Notes: generated by a model from the sequence alone, not told the origin. DNA of 63,022 nucleotides, filler included, from Guillardia theta CCMP2712 (GCF_000315625.1; 7 parts of 7 records of this genome joined end to end with filler, not necessarily neighbours in it); one strand, 5' to 3'. Counted from the first letter of the whole stretch, positions 50,068 to 63,022 are shown. Numbers and translations: made by a program.

Positions 50068-50525
50068 TCTCTCACATGGTTGGTATCAGGACTCTCTCCA
50101 TCATGGATATCGACCATGTTCCCATCCATGTCAAGTCAGAGATCCAGCAGGTACGCTGTTTAACCCTCTTCTTTGGGCCTTCCTCCTCTTGCTCCTCCCC
50201 CCTCCCCCTCCCCCCCGTTCTTTGACCTTGTCCTCGTCGTCCTATCGCCCCCGTGCCCGTGCCCGTGCCCGTGCCCGTCCCCGTCCTCGTGCTCGTCCCC
50301 GTCCTCGTCCTCGTCCTCGTGCATGTGCTCGTGCTCGTCCTTCGAATCTCCAATCCTCTTCTCGATCGCTCTTCTGCTCCTGCCCAGCTCACTCTCCATC
50401 AGTTCTTCGAGCTGTACAAGTCCCTGGAGGCCAAACCCGGGAAGCCCAAGTGGGTGAAGATCCGCTCGTGGGGAGACCGAGTAAGAGAGGAGGGAGCGAT
50501 GGAGCTAGTGCTGACACTTGTTCTT

Positions 50526-50570
<45 letters not shown>

Positions 50571-50685
50571 CGCTCCTGCTCCTGCTTTTCTTGGTTAGGA
50601 ACAAGCTCTCAAGGAGCTTAAGGACTCCATCGACCTCTACGAGAAGTCGATGGCAAGAAATTCGTTCCTCCGTTGCCTGCACTTT

Positions 50686-50732
<47 letters not shown>

Positions 50733-51003
50733 GTCATCGTTCTCGTGCTTGTCCTCGTGCTCGTGCTCGTGCTCGTGCTCGTCCTTGCTCTCTTCATTCT
50801 ACTGCAATCTCTCCTCGTTCTGTTCCATCTCCCTCCTGCTCTCTCCAGTGGCTCCTCTGATGTCGAGCAGGACAAGGATTCCACAAAAGATGAACCTCTT
50901 CCTCCTGTTGGTAACGTTTACGAGCTCACCCCCGAACTCTGCAGCCTGCGGGAGGGAGCTCCTAGAGGTCAGTTGATGGTGGTGGTGGTGGTGGTGGTGG
51001 TGG

Positions 51004-51050
<47 letters not shown>

Positions 51051-51126
51051 ATGGAGATGATGATGGAGGAGATGGAGATGATGATGATGATGATGATGAT
51101 GCTGATGATGATGCTGATGATGATGC

Positions 51127-51220
<94 letters not shown>

Positions 51221-51895
51221 ATGGAGATGGAGATGGAGATAAAGATGGAGATGCATGTGCTAGAGACGAAGATTGAGATGATGATGATAATGACGACGAT
51301 GATGATAATAATTGTGTTTTGTTCTTGATTTTTGTCTGTTTACTTTGCTTCAGGTGTCTGCTCTGCCTACGTAGAGGTGAAGAAAGGAGACGCAAACAAG
51401 TACGAATGGGACAAGGACACAGGTAGGCGAGGGTCGAAGGAGGCGCTGTTAGTATTAGAGTGCCAAGAGAGAAAATCAAGACCATGGAGGGGGGAGATGA
51501 TAACACAATGGTGTACAGGTTTCCTTACACTTGATCGAGTGCTCCATAGCTCGATTTTCTATCCTGGTAAGAACGAGAAGTTGTGGAGTAGGAGGAGTAG
51601 GAGGAGTAGGAGGAGAGAAGCAAAGTGAAGAAATCGATCCTTCACAAGAAACAAGACCAGAAAGGATCAGGACAGAATGGAGGAGGAAGAGCGAGAGGGA
51701 GAGAGGCACAGGGAGGAGGAACGAAGGGAGGCAGGTAGGTAAAGAGGTATGGAGAAGAGAAGTAGCGACATTTGAGTTTGTTCTCTTTCTCTTATTCTTG
51801 ATCTATAGGTGATTACGGTTTCATCCCACGCACTCTTTGCGGCGATGGCGACCCAATCGACGTTGTCGTGAGTGACTTTATGATGATGATGGTGG

Positions 51896-51926
<31 letters not shown>

Positions 51927-52129
51927 GGTGGTGGTGGTGGTGATGATGATGATGCTGGTGGTGGTGGTGATGGTGATGGTGATGATGATGATGCTGGTGG
52001 TGGTGCTTGGCTGTNNNNNNNNNNNNNNNNNNNNNNNNNNNNNNNNNNNNNNNNNNNNNNNNNNNNNNNNNNNNNNNNNNNNNNNNNNNNNNNNNNNNNN
52101 NNNNNNNNNNNNNNNNNNNNNNNNNNNNN

Positions 52130-52212
<83 letters not shown>

Positions 52213-52258
52213 ATGATGATGATATGATGATATGATGATTGCGATGATGATGATGATG

Positions 52259-52306
<48 letters not shown>

Positions 52307-53501
52307 ATGATGATGATGATGGAGATGATGATGATGACGATGGAGATAATGATGATGATCGAATTGAAGATAATGATGTCGTTGTTGCATGCCGCTTCTT
52401 GTATTGTTTCTCCTTCACTTGTGTTCGTATGATTCTTTTGCATTATGTTATCTCATTCTTTCTTCAGATTCTCTCCAACTTTTCTCTCACTCCAGGAGTT
52501 CTTTGCGACGTTCGCGTGGTGAGTCTCCTCCTCTTCCTCTACCTCTACCTCTACCTCTACCTCTACCTCTACATCTGCCCTGCCCTGCCCTGCCCTGCCC
52601 TGCCCTGCCCTGCCCTGCCCTGCCCTGCCCTGCCCTGCCCTGTCCTGTCCTGCTTCTTTCTTGTTCTCATGAACGTTTCAGGTCGGCGCTCTTGACATGG
52701 CGGATGAGAAGGGCGAAGATCAAAAGCTGCTCGCAGTTGTTGACTCGGATCCTCGGTATGATGAGAATGATGACGATGATGATGATGAATATTATGCAAT
52801 GATGGAGATGGAGATGGAGATGGAGATGGAGATGGAGATGGAGATGGAGATGGAGATGGAGATGGAGATGGAGATGGAGATGGAGATGATTGGAGATGGT
52901 GGTGATGACGGAGATGATGATGGAGATGATGATGACGATGATGATGGTGGTGGTGGTAAAATCATCTCAATCTCTTCTGTTTTCCTCTTTTCGTTTCTCA
53001 CTCTGTTGCAGTTGGAATGAGATTCAAGACCTTGGGGATGTTGAGGAGCACATCAAGAGGGAGATTGCTCAGGTCTATTGCTGGTGGTGGTGGTGCTGGT
53101 GGTGGTGCTGGTGGTGCTGGTGCTGGTGCTGGTGCTGCTGGTGCTGGTGGTGGTGGTGGTGGAGATGCTGCTGCTGCTGCTGCTGCTGCCTTTACCCTCC
53201 TGCTCCTTATGCTCTTTCAACGCCTCCTGCTGCTGCTTCTGCTGCTTCTGCCGTTTCCTTCCTCATCTTGTCTTCTATCCTTATTCTTCCTTCTTTCTGC
53301 TCTTCTGCAGTTGTTCTCTTGTTTCTTGTCTTTGTCTTGTCTTACATTCACTTCAGTTCTTTGAGACGTACAAGGAGCTGGAGAACAAGCCGGCCATCGT
53401 CAGCCCCTTGTGCAGGTGCATGCTGTTAATGCTGCTTATGAAAATGATGATTATGGAGATTATGGAGAGTATTATTGTGATGATGATGAAGATGATGAAG
53501 A

Positions 53502-53538
<37 letters not shown>

Positions 53539-54781
53539 ACTTGAGATGACGATGATGATGATAATTGAGATGGAGATGATGGAAATGATGATGGAAATGA
53601 TTATGATGATGATAGAGATGATGATGATGATGACGATAATCATTTCTTTCGTCTTTGTTATTGCTGTCATTGATGATAATTGTACTGATGATACGATCCG
53701 ACGTTTTTTCTTTTCTCATTCACTCGTAATTCAGCCCGCAAGTTCGTCCTGGAGAGGCTCCGCTTGCTCCTCCTCTTGGATGTATGACCTCTCCTCCCCT
53801 CTCCTCTCCTCCCCTCTCCTCCCCTCCCCTCTCCTCCCCTCTCCACCCCTCTCCTCCCCACTCCTTCTCTCTTCTTGCCCTCCACTCTTCTCCTCTCTCC
53901 TCCCCTCTCTTCCACTCCTCATCTCTTCTCCGCTCTTCTCCTCTCTTTTCCTCTCTCCCACACAATCCTCCTTTCCTCCTCCTTTCCCTCTCTCCTCTCT
54001 TCTTCTCCACTCTCCCTCCTCATCTCTTCTCCTCTCGTGCTCCTTCTCTCTCCTCTTTTCCTCTCTCGTCCTCTCTTGTCCTCTCGTTCTCCTCCTCGCT
54101 CCTCCTCTCTCCTCATCTCTTCTTCTCACGCTCTGTCAGCTTTCCATCCTCGCAAGAAGACCAAGTTCGCCATCATTAAGGGCTGGGTGGACAAGGCTGG
54201 AGCTCTCAAGGTGAGAAATTGAAGGCAAAGACTGAAGGGAAGAAGAGGAAAAGGAGGAGAAGGAAAATGAGAGAGAGGAGAGGAGAAGGACGGGAAGAGG
54301 AGGAGAAGAGAGGAGAAATAAAGGAGGGGAGGAATAGCAGCAGCAAGACAGGAAGGGGCAGGAGCAGGAGCTGAGAGAAGAAAGGAGGAGCCGGAGGGAG
54401 AGGTTGAGCAGCAAGAGGATTGGAGGACGGGGAGGAGGCGGGAGGGAGGAGGATGAGGCTGACTTGTCTTGCAGCTGTTGGAGGCTGCTCAAGCTGCTTT
54501 CATGTCGACGGGAACGATCGGTAAGGAGAGATACATGAGAAGCAGAGGAGAAAGATGCAGAGGAGGGAGGAGGAGGAGGAGGGGGGGAGGAGGGGAGGGG
54601 GAGGGAGGGAGGAAAACTAGGAGAAGGAGGAGGAAAAGGAGGAGAAAGACGAAGAGGAGGCAGTGGTGGTGGTAGTGGTGATTGGAGGAGAAGGAGGAGG
54701 AACAAGAAAAGAAACAGGTGCAGAGGAGGACCAGGGATAGGACCAGAAGGAAGACATGGAAGAAAACAAGAAAGAGAGGGA

Positions 54782-54839
<58 letters not shown>

Positions 54840-55471
54840 AGGATAAGGACGAGGACGAGGACGGGGACGAGGACGAGGACGAGGAGCAGGTTGCTTCCCC
54901 AAGATGAAGAGACTTCACATCGGTGACAGCGCTCCTACTGTTTGTCACGCGATAGTGAGAGCACCGAGGTAAGGAGGAGAAAGAGGAGGGAGTAGGAGGA
55001 GTAGGAGGAGTAGGAGGAGCAGGAGGAGCAGGAGGAGCAGGAGGAGCAGGAGGAGCAGGAGCAGGAGCAGGAGCAGGAAGTGGCGGAGGAGGGAAACATT
55101 TCGTGTAAGCGTGGTCTGATTTTTCTCGCAGGAACACCAACGTCAAGTACGATGTTCTGCCCAAGACAGGACTGTTGAAGGCAGACAAGGTGAGGGAGGA
55201 GGAGGAGGAAGTCGTGGTAGTAGTGGAGAGGAGGAGCAGCAGAAGCGAGAGGACAAGGGAGGAGGAGTAGAAGGAGGAGTAGGAGAAGTTCGAGGAAGAG
55301 AAGATGCTGTTGGCGATTGTGGCGTTGAGAAGAGAGAGAGTAGAAGAGTGGATGGAGGAAGGACATGGGGAGGGGAAAGGAGCTGAACGTTGTTCTCAAG
55401 GTTCTTCATTCTGCTGTTGTTTACCCGGGAGATTTTTGCTCCCTTCCTCAAACACTCGCTGAAGATGGCAG
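50068..55471 (+). CDS. ppa: Family I soluble inorganic pyrophosphatase with at least three tandem PPase domains (both ends truncated by linkers)
   Basis: Domain 1 tail: EIQQ | FFELYKSLE...WVKIRSWGD. Domain 2 complete: YVEVKKGDANKYEWDKDT | GFLTLDRVLHSSIFYP | GDYGFIPRTLCGDGDPIDVV | ...DMADEKGEDQKLLAV | FFETYKELE. Domain 3 start: HIGDSAPTVCHAIVRAPR | NTNVKYDVLPKTGLLKADK | VLHSAVVYPGDFCSLPQTLAEDG. Confidence 0.88.
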
Positions 55472-55758
55472 GTACTGCTGCTGCTGCTGCTGCTCCTCCT
55501 CCTCCTCCTCCTCCTCCCTCCCTCCCTCTCTCCCTCCCTCCCTCTCTCTCTCCCTCCCTCCCGGACACAAGGGGGGAGCAACGGCTCCTTACATGTGCCT
55601 CGTCCATTTTTACCAGCCGCAGCTTCAGGCCCACACGCCCATCATACAGGAGAGAGCTNNNNNNNNNNNNNNNNNNNNNNNNNNNNNNNNNNNNNNNNNN
55701 NNTTAATTAATTAANNNNNNNNNNNNNNNNNNNNNNNNNNNNNNNNNNNNNNNNNNNN

Positions 55759-56232
55759 TCTTCACAATCTAGCCTTCTTCTCTTGTGGCGACATTGTTCA
55801 TCTTCACAATCTAGCCTTCTTCTCCTGTGGCGACATTGTTCATCTTCACAACAATCTAGCCTTCTTCTCTTGTGGCTACATTGTTCATCTTGTGTCTGGC
55901 AGCCCTTACAGTTACAACTTCCTGCATTGGCTCCTCACCCTGTTGTGCTCACATATTTCACCTGCTTCCCCTCTCCTCTCCTCTCGTGCAAGATCTTCTT
56001 CTCTCCGGTCAGATCTGCTCCTCGCAGTCTCTTGCTTTCCTTCTTTCCGTCTCTTTCCTTCTCTTCATTCTCTCTGTGATACCTTTATCCCTTTCTCACC
56101 CTCTCTTAAAACATCCTATCTTGTAAACATCTTAAACATCCTATCTTGTCAACATCTTAAACATCCTATCTTGTAAACATGTCAAACATCTTATCTTTTA
56201 AACATCTTAAACATCCTATCTTGTAAACATCT
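55759..56232. repeat. Two short tandem repeats: ~42-45-bp unit x3 (55759-55890) and TAAACATCCTATCTTG-type unit x5 (56107-56232)
   Basis: Directly visible. Confidence 0.75.
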
Positions 56233-57657
56233 CTCGTTGTCTACTGCTTGTTCATATTTCCTTTTTCTCACCCTCTCTCTCTCTCTCCCTTCCCTTGTCT
56301 TTCTCTCTTCTCTCGTTGCTCTCTCTTTGCTTCTTCCTGTCGAGCTGCTTCTCTTCCAGGCTCAGCTGTCAGCAGAGAGAGAAAGACGAGACGGGGGAAG
56401 AGGGAGAAGAGGAGAGGGACGAGACAAGTGAAGAACAGAAGAGCGTACCGTCAGAGGAAGCGCAGGGGACGCAAGGGAGAGGAGAGGGGATAAAAAGAAA
56501 AGAAGAGCGAAGGAGAGGAGANNNNNNNNNNNNNNNNNNNNNNNNNNNNNNNNNNNNNNNNNNNNNNNNNNNNNNNNNNNNNNNNNNNNNNNNNNNNNNN
56601 NNNNNNNNNNNNNNNNNNNNNNNNNNNNNNNNNNNNNNNNNNNNNNNNNNNNNNNNNNNNNNNNNNNNNNNNNNNNNNNNNNNNNNNNNNNNNNNNNNNN
56701 NNNNNNNNNNNNNNNNNNNNNNNNNNNNNNNNNNNNNNNNNNNNNNNNNNNNNNNNNNNNNNNNNNNNNNNNNNNNNNNNNNNNNNNNNNNNNNNNNNNN
56801 NNNNNNNNNNNNNNNNNNNNNNNNNNNNNNNNNNNNNNNNNNNNNNNNNNNNNNNNNNNNNNNNNNNNNNNNNNNNNNNNNNNNNNNNNNNNNNNNNNNN
56901 NNNNNNNNNNNNNNNNNNNNNNNNNNNNNNNNNNNNNNNNNNNNNNNNNNNNNNNNNNNNNNNNNNNNNNNNNNNNNNNNNNNNNNNNNNNNNNNNNNNN
57001 NNNNNNNNNNNNNNNNNNNNNNNNNNNNNNNNNNNNNNNNNNNNNNNNNNNNNNNNNNNNNNNNNNNNNNNNNNNNNNNNNNNNNNNNNNNNNNNNNNNN
57101 NNNNNNNNNNNNNNNNNNNNNNNNNNNNNNNNNNNNNNNNNNNNNNNNNNNNNNNNNNNNNNNNNNNNNNNNNNNNNNNNNNNNNNNNNNNNNNNNNNNN
57201 NNNNNNNNNNNNNNNNNNNNNNNNNNNNNNNNNNNNNNNNNNNNNNNNNNNNNNNNNNNNNNNNNNNNNNNNNNNNNNNNNNNNNNNNNNNNNNNNNNNN
57301 NNNNNNNNNNNNNNNNNNNNNNNNNNNNNNNNNNNNNNNNNNNNNNNNNNNNNNNNNNNNNNNNNNNNNNNNNNNNNNNNNNNNNNNNNNNNNNNNNNNN
57401 NNNNNNNNNNNNNNNNNNNNNNNNNNNNNNNNNNNNNNNNNNNNNNNNNNNNNNNNNNNNNNNNNNNNNNNNNNCCGGCCCGGTGCTTCAGCTACTCCCG
57501 TCCCGGGCCCGAGGAGGGACTCCGGTGAGTAGAGGAAGAGAGCTGCGGGGCTGTACAAGACATGTGCTATCCGAGTCATACGGCAGTAGATGCCTCACTA
57601 GTGCAAGCACAAGCGATGAGAGGCCTAGACCAGTCTCCTCGCATGTCTCCCTAGTCA

Positions 57658-59333
57658 CTAGTAGATCCTGCACATGCTCGTCCCGCTCGAGCGACACATC
57701 GGGCATGACCTAGACGTCGCTGCCTCCTTGCAGTCCCCGCACAGACACTTGTGACCGCAGGGGACCAGCGCCCATTCAGCTCTTCGATCCATGCAGACGA
57801 CGCATGGCTGCCCGCGCTCTCCGACGGCATCATCGTATCGCTGCTGAAGCTTCTTCCGCAGCTCGCTGAAGCTCGGCCGCTCCTTGATCTTCTCCCGCCA
57901 GCACTCTCGCATGATCGCATACACTGCTGGAGGGCATGCAGCAGGAGCCGCTAGTCGCTCCCCGTCCACAACCTTGGGTCCTACAAGCTCATCGTCGGTG
58001 ATGGCCCAGTAAGGGACTTTGCCGTAAGTCCAGACCTCCCACAGCGTCACCCCGAACGCCCACACGTCGCTCTTCTCCGAGTAGCGATGTCTCAGCAAGC
58101 TCTCCGGCGCCATCCATCGCGCCCGTCCAGCCCTCGAGCCTGCCGAGCTCTCGCTCCCTACCCGACTCACTCCGTCACCGCGCCAGCCCATGATCCATCG
58201 CCCGTAGTCGGCTACCTTGACCCTCACCCCGAGGTGATCCTGCCCTTGCAGACTCCAGACAAGCACGCTCCTCGCCGCCAGCTCCCGGTGTACAACATCG
58301 TGCAGCGACAGCTGCTCCATCCCGTCGCAGATCTGCCTCGCCACCTCCAGCTGCACCAGCTCGCCCATCGTCTCCTCCTCCTCCGCGAAGCTGTGCAAGG
58401 TCCTCTCGAGAGAGCCCTGGCAAGCGTACTCAGTCACCAGGCAGTAGTCGCCAGAGCTTGGCTCGACGGTGACGGCAAGGAGGCCAAGCAGGCTGCGGTG
58501 ACGGCCCAGCTGGTGCCAGGTCTTGACCTCCTGCTCGAGAGCTTGTCTGCTGGCAGTGTCTCCGCTGCCTCGGATACGTAGATGGCCACGTCAGCGGTGC
58601 TGGCGTGCGGCTGCAGCCAGCGAGCCTTGTAGACGAGCTTGGAGGAGCCTGAGCCGACCTGACGACTGTCGACCAGGCTGTCGTAGTCCACCGATGGCAC
58701 GCTGCCCAGCTGGAGACGAGAGGATCACATCAGTCATCGACCCTCATACAGACACAAACAGGACCTGAGCAACAGCGCCCTGCTGGTTGTCGACGTCAGA
58801 CGCCTGCTGCTCCGCGTCTCTCTGCTGGCGCTGGTGCTTGCGCTTACGCTTCTTCGTCTTGTCGCTTCTACACCTCTCATGTCGCTCGATCCCCTCCTGC
58901 GCGGGCTTGACGCTGCCTTGCAGTGCCGCTGACAGAAGCTCCCCGCTCCATAGCCGCCGCATCCAGCCCTCTATCTTGCTCGCCAACTCCTCGTCCTGCC
59001 TCTCTCGCGCTGCCTCCGCAGCTGTTCGTCCCAGCGAGTCTCGCAGCTGCCCGAGCTCTCCGCCCCCGACCTCCAGCAGCCTCTCACAGACAGACCAGAC
59101 GCCTCGCGCCGCCGCCACGTGCAGCGCCGAGCCATCGGACTCCGTGACACACTTGATAGACACGCTGGTCACCGAATCACTATGACCTTGTAGACCACTA
59201 TGAGCTCGTTCACCTAAATCAAGACAAGCCTTCTGCGTCATGCTTCCCAGGTCCCACACCCTCAAGGTACTCATCCCACTCCCGCTGACAGCCGTCTTGC
59301 CGTCCTCGCTTATCGCCACGCTCGTCACCCAAC
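57658..59333 (-). CDS. WD40 + ankyrin + tyrosine-kinase-like pseudokinase + C3HC4 RING protein, 5'-truncated, 1-nt frameshift near 58580
   Basis: WD40: VTSVAISEDGKTAVSGS...LRVWDL...GHSDSVTSV. ANK: SALHVAAARG...RDSLGRTA. Kinase: VGSGSSKLVYKA, HRELAARSVL, KVADYG, RWMAPE, SDVWAFGVTLWE, CW...ERPSF. RING: CVVCMD...LVPCGHKCLCGDC...CPMCR. Confidence 0.85.
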
Positions 59334-59905
59334 NNNNNNNNNNNNNNNNNNNNNNNNNNNNNNNNNNNNNNNNNNNNTTAATTAATTAANNNNNNNNNNN
59401 NNNNNNNNNNNNNNNNNNNNNNNNNNNNNNNNNGAAGGAACAGGGAGAAGGAGGGCAACTTGGGATGGAGAAGGCGATGAGACAGGGAGGGAGAGTGAGC
59501 GATGGAGACGGAAGGGGAGGGCGGGGAGGGAGTGGGCGCTGAGTTGGAGCAGCTGGTAGTGGTGAAGGAGTGAAGGAGAAGAGATGTCGGCGAGGCCTCT
59601 ATGTAACAGTTTGAGCAGGTGTTACCTGAGTTGGGTAAACGATCAGCATGCTGGGAGAAGATGTCACATACGAGGTGAGATGAAGGGAGAAGAGGCCAGA
59701 GAAGCGGCGGTGATAGGTTGGTGGTGGTGGTGGTGCTGTTGTTGTTGATGATGATGACTATCATGGTGGTGATGGTGATGATAATGATGATGATAATGAT
59801 GATGATGAGGAGGAGGAGGAGGAGATGGAGAGGTAAATGAGGCGGAGAGAAGAATGAGGAGGTGGGAGGAAAAGATATGATTTTACTCACTGATTCGACT
59901 TCTCA

Positions 59906-60360
59906 GGCCATCACGGATCCTGGTGCGCCGCCGAGTGTCGCACCATCATGGCTGAGGAGGAGGAGAGTGTTGGTTGCTGTAGTGCTTTCCTTCCTCTTCC
60001 TCGGCATCATCTCTACCCTCTGGTCGAATAGTACAGGTTTCTCAATCTTTTCCTCCCCTTCCTTGTCCTCTGCCTCCCTGCCCTTTCTCACGCCCTGCCT
60101 CCTCGTCCTACACGTCTCCTCCTCTCTCCCTCCTCTCTCTCCTCCTCATCCTGAGTCGACATGCGCAGCTTCTCCAAAGAAACCATCGATTAGCCACGGA
60201 ACGAACCAATTGGCGGTGAGTAGAGGAGGACGAGGAAGAGGACGAGGACGAGGAGGAGTGAAGGTTTTAGCAGACATTCGGAGATGAAACTCAGATCATC
60301 TTTCCTTATCCCTCGCAGACCTCCCTGACGAGTATCGTGATTTGCAACTATGCCGGAGAG
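59906..60360 (+). CDS. Hypothetical type II membrane protein, partial
   Basis: Exon WLRRRRVLVAVVLSFLFLGIISTLWSNST followed by further short spliced exons. Confidence 0.4.
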
Positions 60361-60581
60361 GTAATGGAGAGTAGAGGCAGGAGGAAGGGAGAGGGAGAAT
60401 GCGATAGTAATGGGAAGCAGGATTACTGGTATCAGGGGAAGGAAACTGGGAAGGAGATTCACATTCCTTCGGTGAAGATGGNNNNNNNNNNNNNNNNNNN
60501 NNNNNNNNNNNNNNNNNNNNNNNNNTTAATTAATTAANNNNNNNNNNNNNNNNNNNNNNNNNNNNNNNNNNNNNNNNNNNN

Positions 60582-60703
<122 letters not shown>

Positions 60704-60737
60704 GCTGGTGATGGTGATGATGATAGTGAGATGGCTT

Positions 60738-61175
60738 ACCCAGATCTCCAAGCTCTGTCACACTTGGCAAGTTCGTGCTGCAATCCACGTGTAAGAAAAG
60801 ATAACAACGTTATCCGGAATCACCACCACCACCAACACGTCTACCTGCTCCTCCTCCTCCTCCTCCTCCTCCTCGTCTACAACACCTGCTCATGCTCCTG
60901 CTCCTGCTCCTCCTCTTTTAAGCGTCACTATAACAATGCTTCCCCTCCAACTTCTTGTCCTCTTCTTCCCTCTCCCTCCCTCTACCCCTTCCTCGTCTTT
61001 CTCTCCCTCCCACTTTCTCCTTTTGTCTCCTTCCTCCAGTAAGTTTCTCTCCTCCCCTCCCGCGTCTGCTCACTTGACGTCGATGCGAGCAGGTTGACTC
61101 CCGGGGCCGCACAGGATCTGGAATGCGATTGAGGGACGATGAGAGGATCGAGAAGAGAATGAAGGTGACAGGGAG

Positions 61176-61230
<55 letters not shown>

Positions 61231-62810
61231 GAGGAGGAGGAGGAGGAGGAGGAGGAGGAGGAGAAGGACAATAGAGGAAGGAGGAGGAGTTAAGGACAAG
61301 ACGGAGGAGGCGGATGAGGGGTAGGTGGTGGTGGTGTAGGAGGAGGAGGAAGGAAGAGAACGGGTGGGTGGGAGAAGGTAGATGGCTCTGGCACTTACCG
61401 ACACGTTCTTTCCTATCTCTATTGGCTCATTTGACGGGGACGTCTGACCAAAGGGGACGGACGGGTAGAGGCCGCAGGAGGGCTCGGCGGTACAAGACCA
61501 CCTGGAGCCTGTCAAACTTGACAGGCCGACGTCAATGGATGACCTGCCGAACGGAAGTCCGTTGGCGGTTGTCAACTTTGACATCTTGGTACACTGCCAG
61601 TGGGGCTCCACCTGGCAGTTGTAACAGCCGTCTCCAGCCACGCTGTTCCCGTCCTCGCACTGCTCTGAGCCCACAAGGATGAGGTCGCCGCAGATGGACT
61701 TGCAGGAGCTGCGCTGGCCGGCCGCTTGCTGGCAGAAGAACCCTGTCTCGATCTTGCAGCTGCGGCGGAGGAGAGGACGGAGGAGGAGGAGGAAGAGGAG
61801 GAGGAGGACGGAGGAGGAGGAGAGGAGAACGGAGGAGGAGGAGGAGGAAGGGATAGGAGGGGGTAGAAGAGGAGTAAAGTCGTCAATGACTATCGTGCCG
61901 CCAGCGTTGATTTTCTCACCTCGCCGAGCAGCCGTCCCCGTCCTTGGAGTTCCCGTCGTCACACGCTTCTCCCGGATCGATCGCACCATTGCCGCAAGTA
62001 CTTTCAGTGGCCACTGGAGCCTGCTGGGCGATTTGCCCGACATATTTGGGCCCTTCCTGGATGACAGATTTGACACCCTGGATTCCTCGTTTTCTCAGCT
62101 CTTTGTCAAAAGTTCCGTCCTGGTAGGAGGGTCAGCACAAGACGGTGACGGCGGCTAAGGAGGGGAGGGGGGAAGGGGAAGAAACTAGACTGCGTCTCAA
62201 GACTCCTGAGGGCCGGGCCGGCAAGTGCACATCAGAGACTGTCATGGGGGGCTCCTGGAAATTGAGCTACACGCAGAGCAGGCTCGAACCTGGAAGACAG
62301 TCCTGATGCTCTTGAGCAGGGACGATGGGTCGTCTCGGGGTGCCAGGATGACCTTGAAGGTCATCGACGTTGCTAGGGAGGAACGCAGCCCGTCCTCCTC
62401 TCCCTCCCCTCCCTCCCCGCCTCCACTAGCCTCTCCAGCAGCTGCGAGCAGCGACCTTCGGACGTTGACTTCTTTGTGGGATGTGCAGATAACCCTGACA
62501 AGCTCGTGAGACGTTGGGAGGACGTCGCACCGGCCCACCTCCAAGTCTCGACGCTGATCGCGTTGGATAGCGAGACTTCGACCTGGTTGAGTTTCGCTGA
62601 GTTTCCTCCTGTCTGCGTGTCCCTGTGCGGCGGCCAGTCAGTGCTCGGATCGCCTCTCCTCCTCGTCTCCTACGTTAGGGTAGCGTCCCATAGCCCGTAG
62701 AGCAGGGCGGTAAGCGTGATGTAGGAATCTGTCAGGTGAGAGTGAGGAGGAGGAGGTTAAGGGTTTTGAGTTGGTGACCTTGAGCAAATTGCTGGGTAGC
62801 TGTATCTGAT
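60738..62810 (-). CDS. Cell-surface/secreted protein with Myxococcus-type Cys-rich (DUF4215-like) repeats, partial
   Basis: [27 protein letters not shown] (~61920-62000) | [10 protein letters not shown]...[30 protein letters not shown]. An upstream exon carries a RRSLL linker motif. Confidence 0.75.
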
Positions 62811-63022
62811 GAAGGGAGGTGAGCCAAGGAAATAAAGTTGGAGAAGGGGAGGAGGAGAACGGAGGAAGAGCAAGGAGGAAGAACAGAGGAGGGAGGAGGA
62901 GGGAGAGGAGGGAAGGAAAAGAGGGAGGAGAGAGGAGGTGACAACAGAGGAAGGAGGTCAAGGAGGAAAAAGAGGAAAAGATAAGGAGGGAGGGGTAGGG
63001 AGCGAGGAGGCAGGAGGGAGGA

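Overview
Eukaryotic nuclear genomic DNA with many short GT-AG introns (CTGAC/CTCAC branch points) and microsatellite-filled introns. Style and gene content suggest a cryptophyte-like alga, which is an inference only. The window is not contiguous: six artificial N-TTAATTAATTAA-N linkers join seven separate pieces (1-21665, 21766-40935, 41036-49967, 50068-55658, 55759-59333, 59434-60481, 60582-63022), and there are ordinary N gaps too. Recognisable spliced genes are a WWE/PDZ protein, a PH-EF-hand-cNMP protein, a multi-TM protein, a PPR-like/Smr protein, a bacterial-type UDP-N-acetylhexosamine dehydrogenase, a cytosolic carboxypeptidase (CCP/Nna1), an ABCG transporter, CCT2, a PP2A-family catalytic subunit, an EF-hand EEP-family protein, an ADP-ribosyltransferase-ankyrin fusion, a tandem multi-domain inorganic pyrophosphatase, a WD40-ankyrin-pseudo-Tyr-kinase-RING protein and a Cys-rich-repeat surface protein. 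The standout is a ~1.9 kb array with no credible ORF (13605-15545): 29 copies of a hairpin motif, GCAACAATCTCAAYCGTYG, separated by mostly unique spacers of variable length. It is CRISPR-like in architecture, has no cas gene nearby, and its hairpin tolerates the observed variation mainly on the minus strand (G.U pairs). It abuts a 1.4 kb GC-rich mosaic of short palindromes. All domain calls come from motif recognition by eye; no searches were run.
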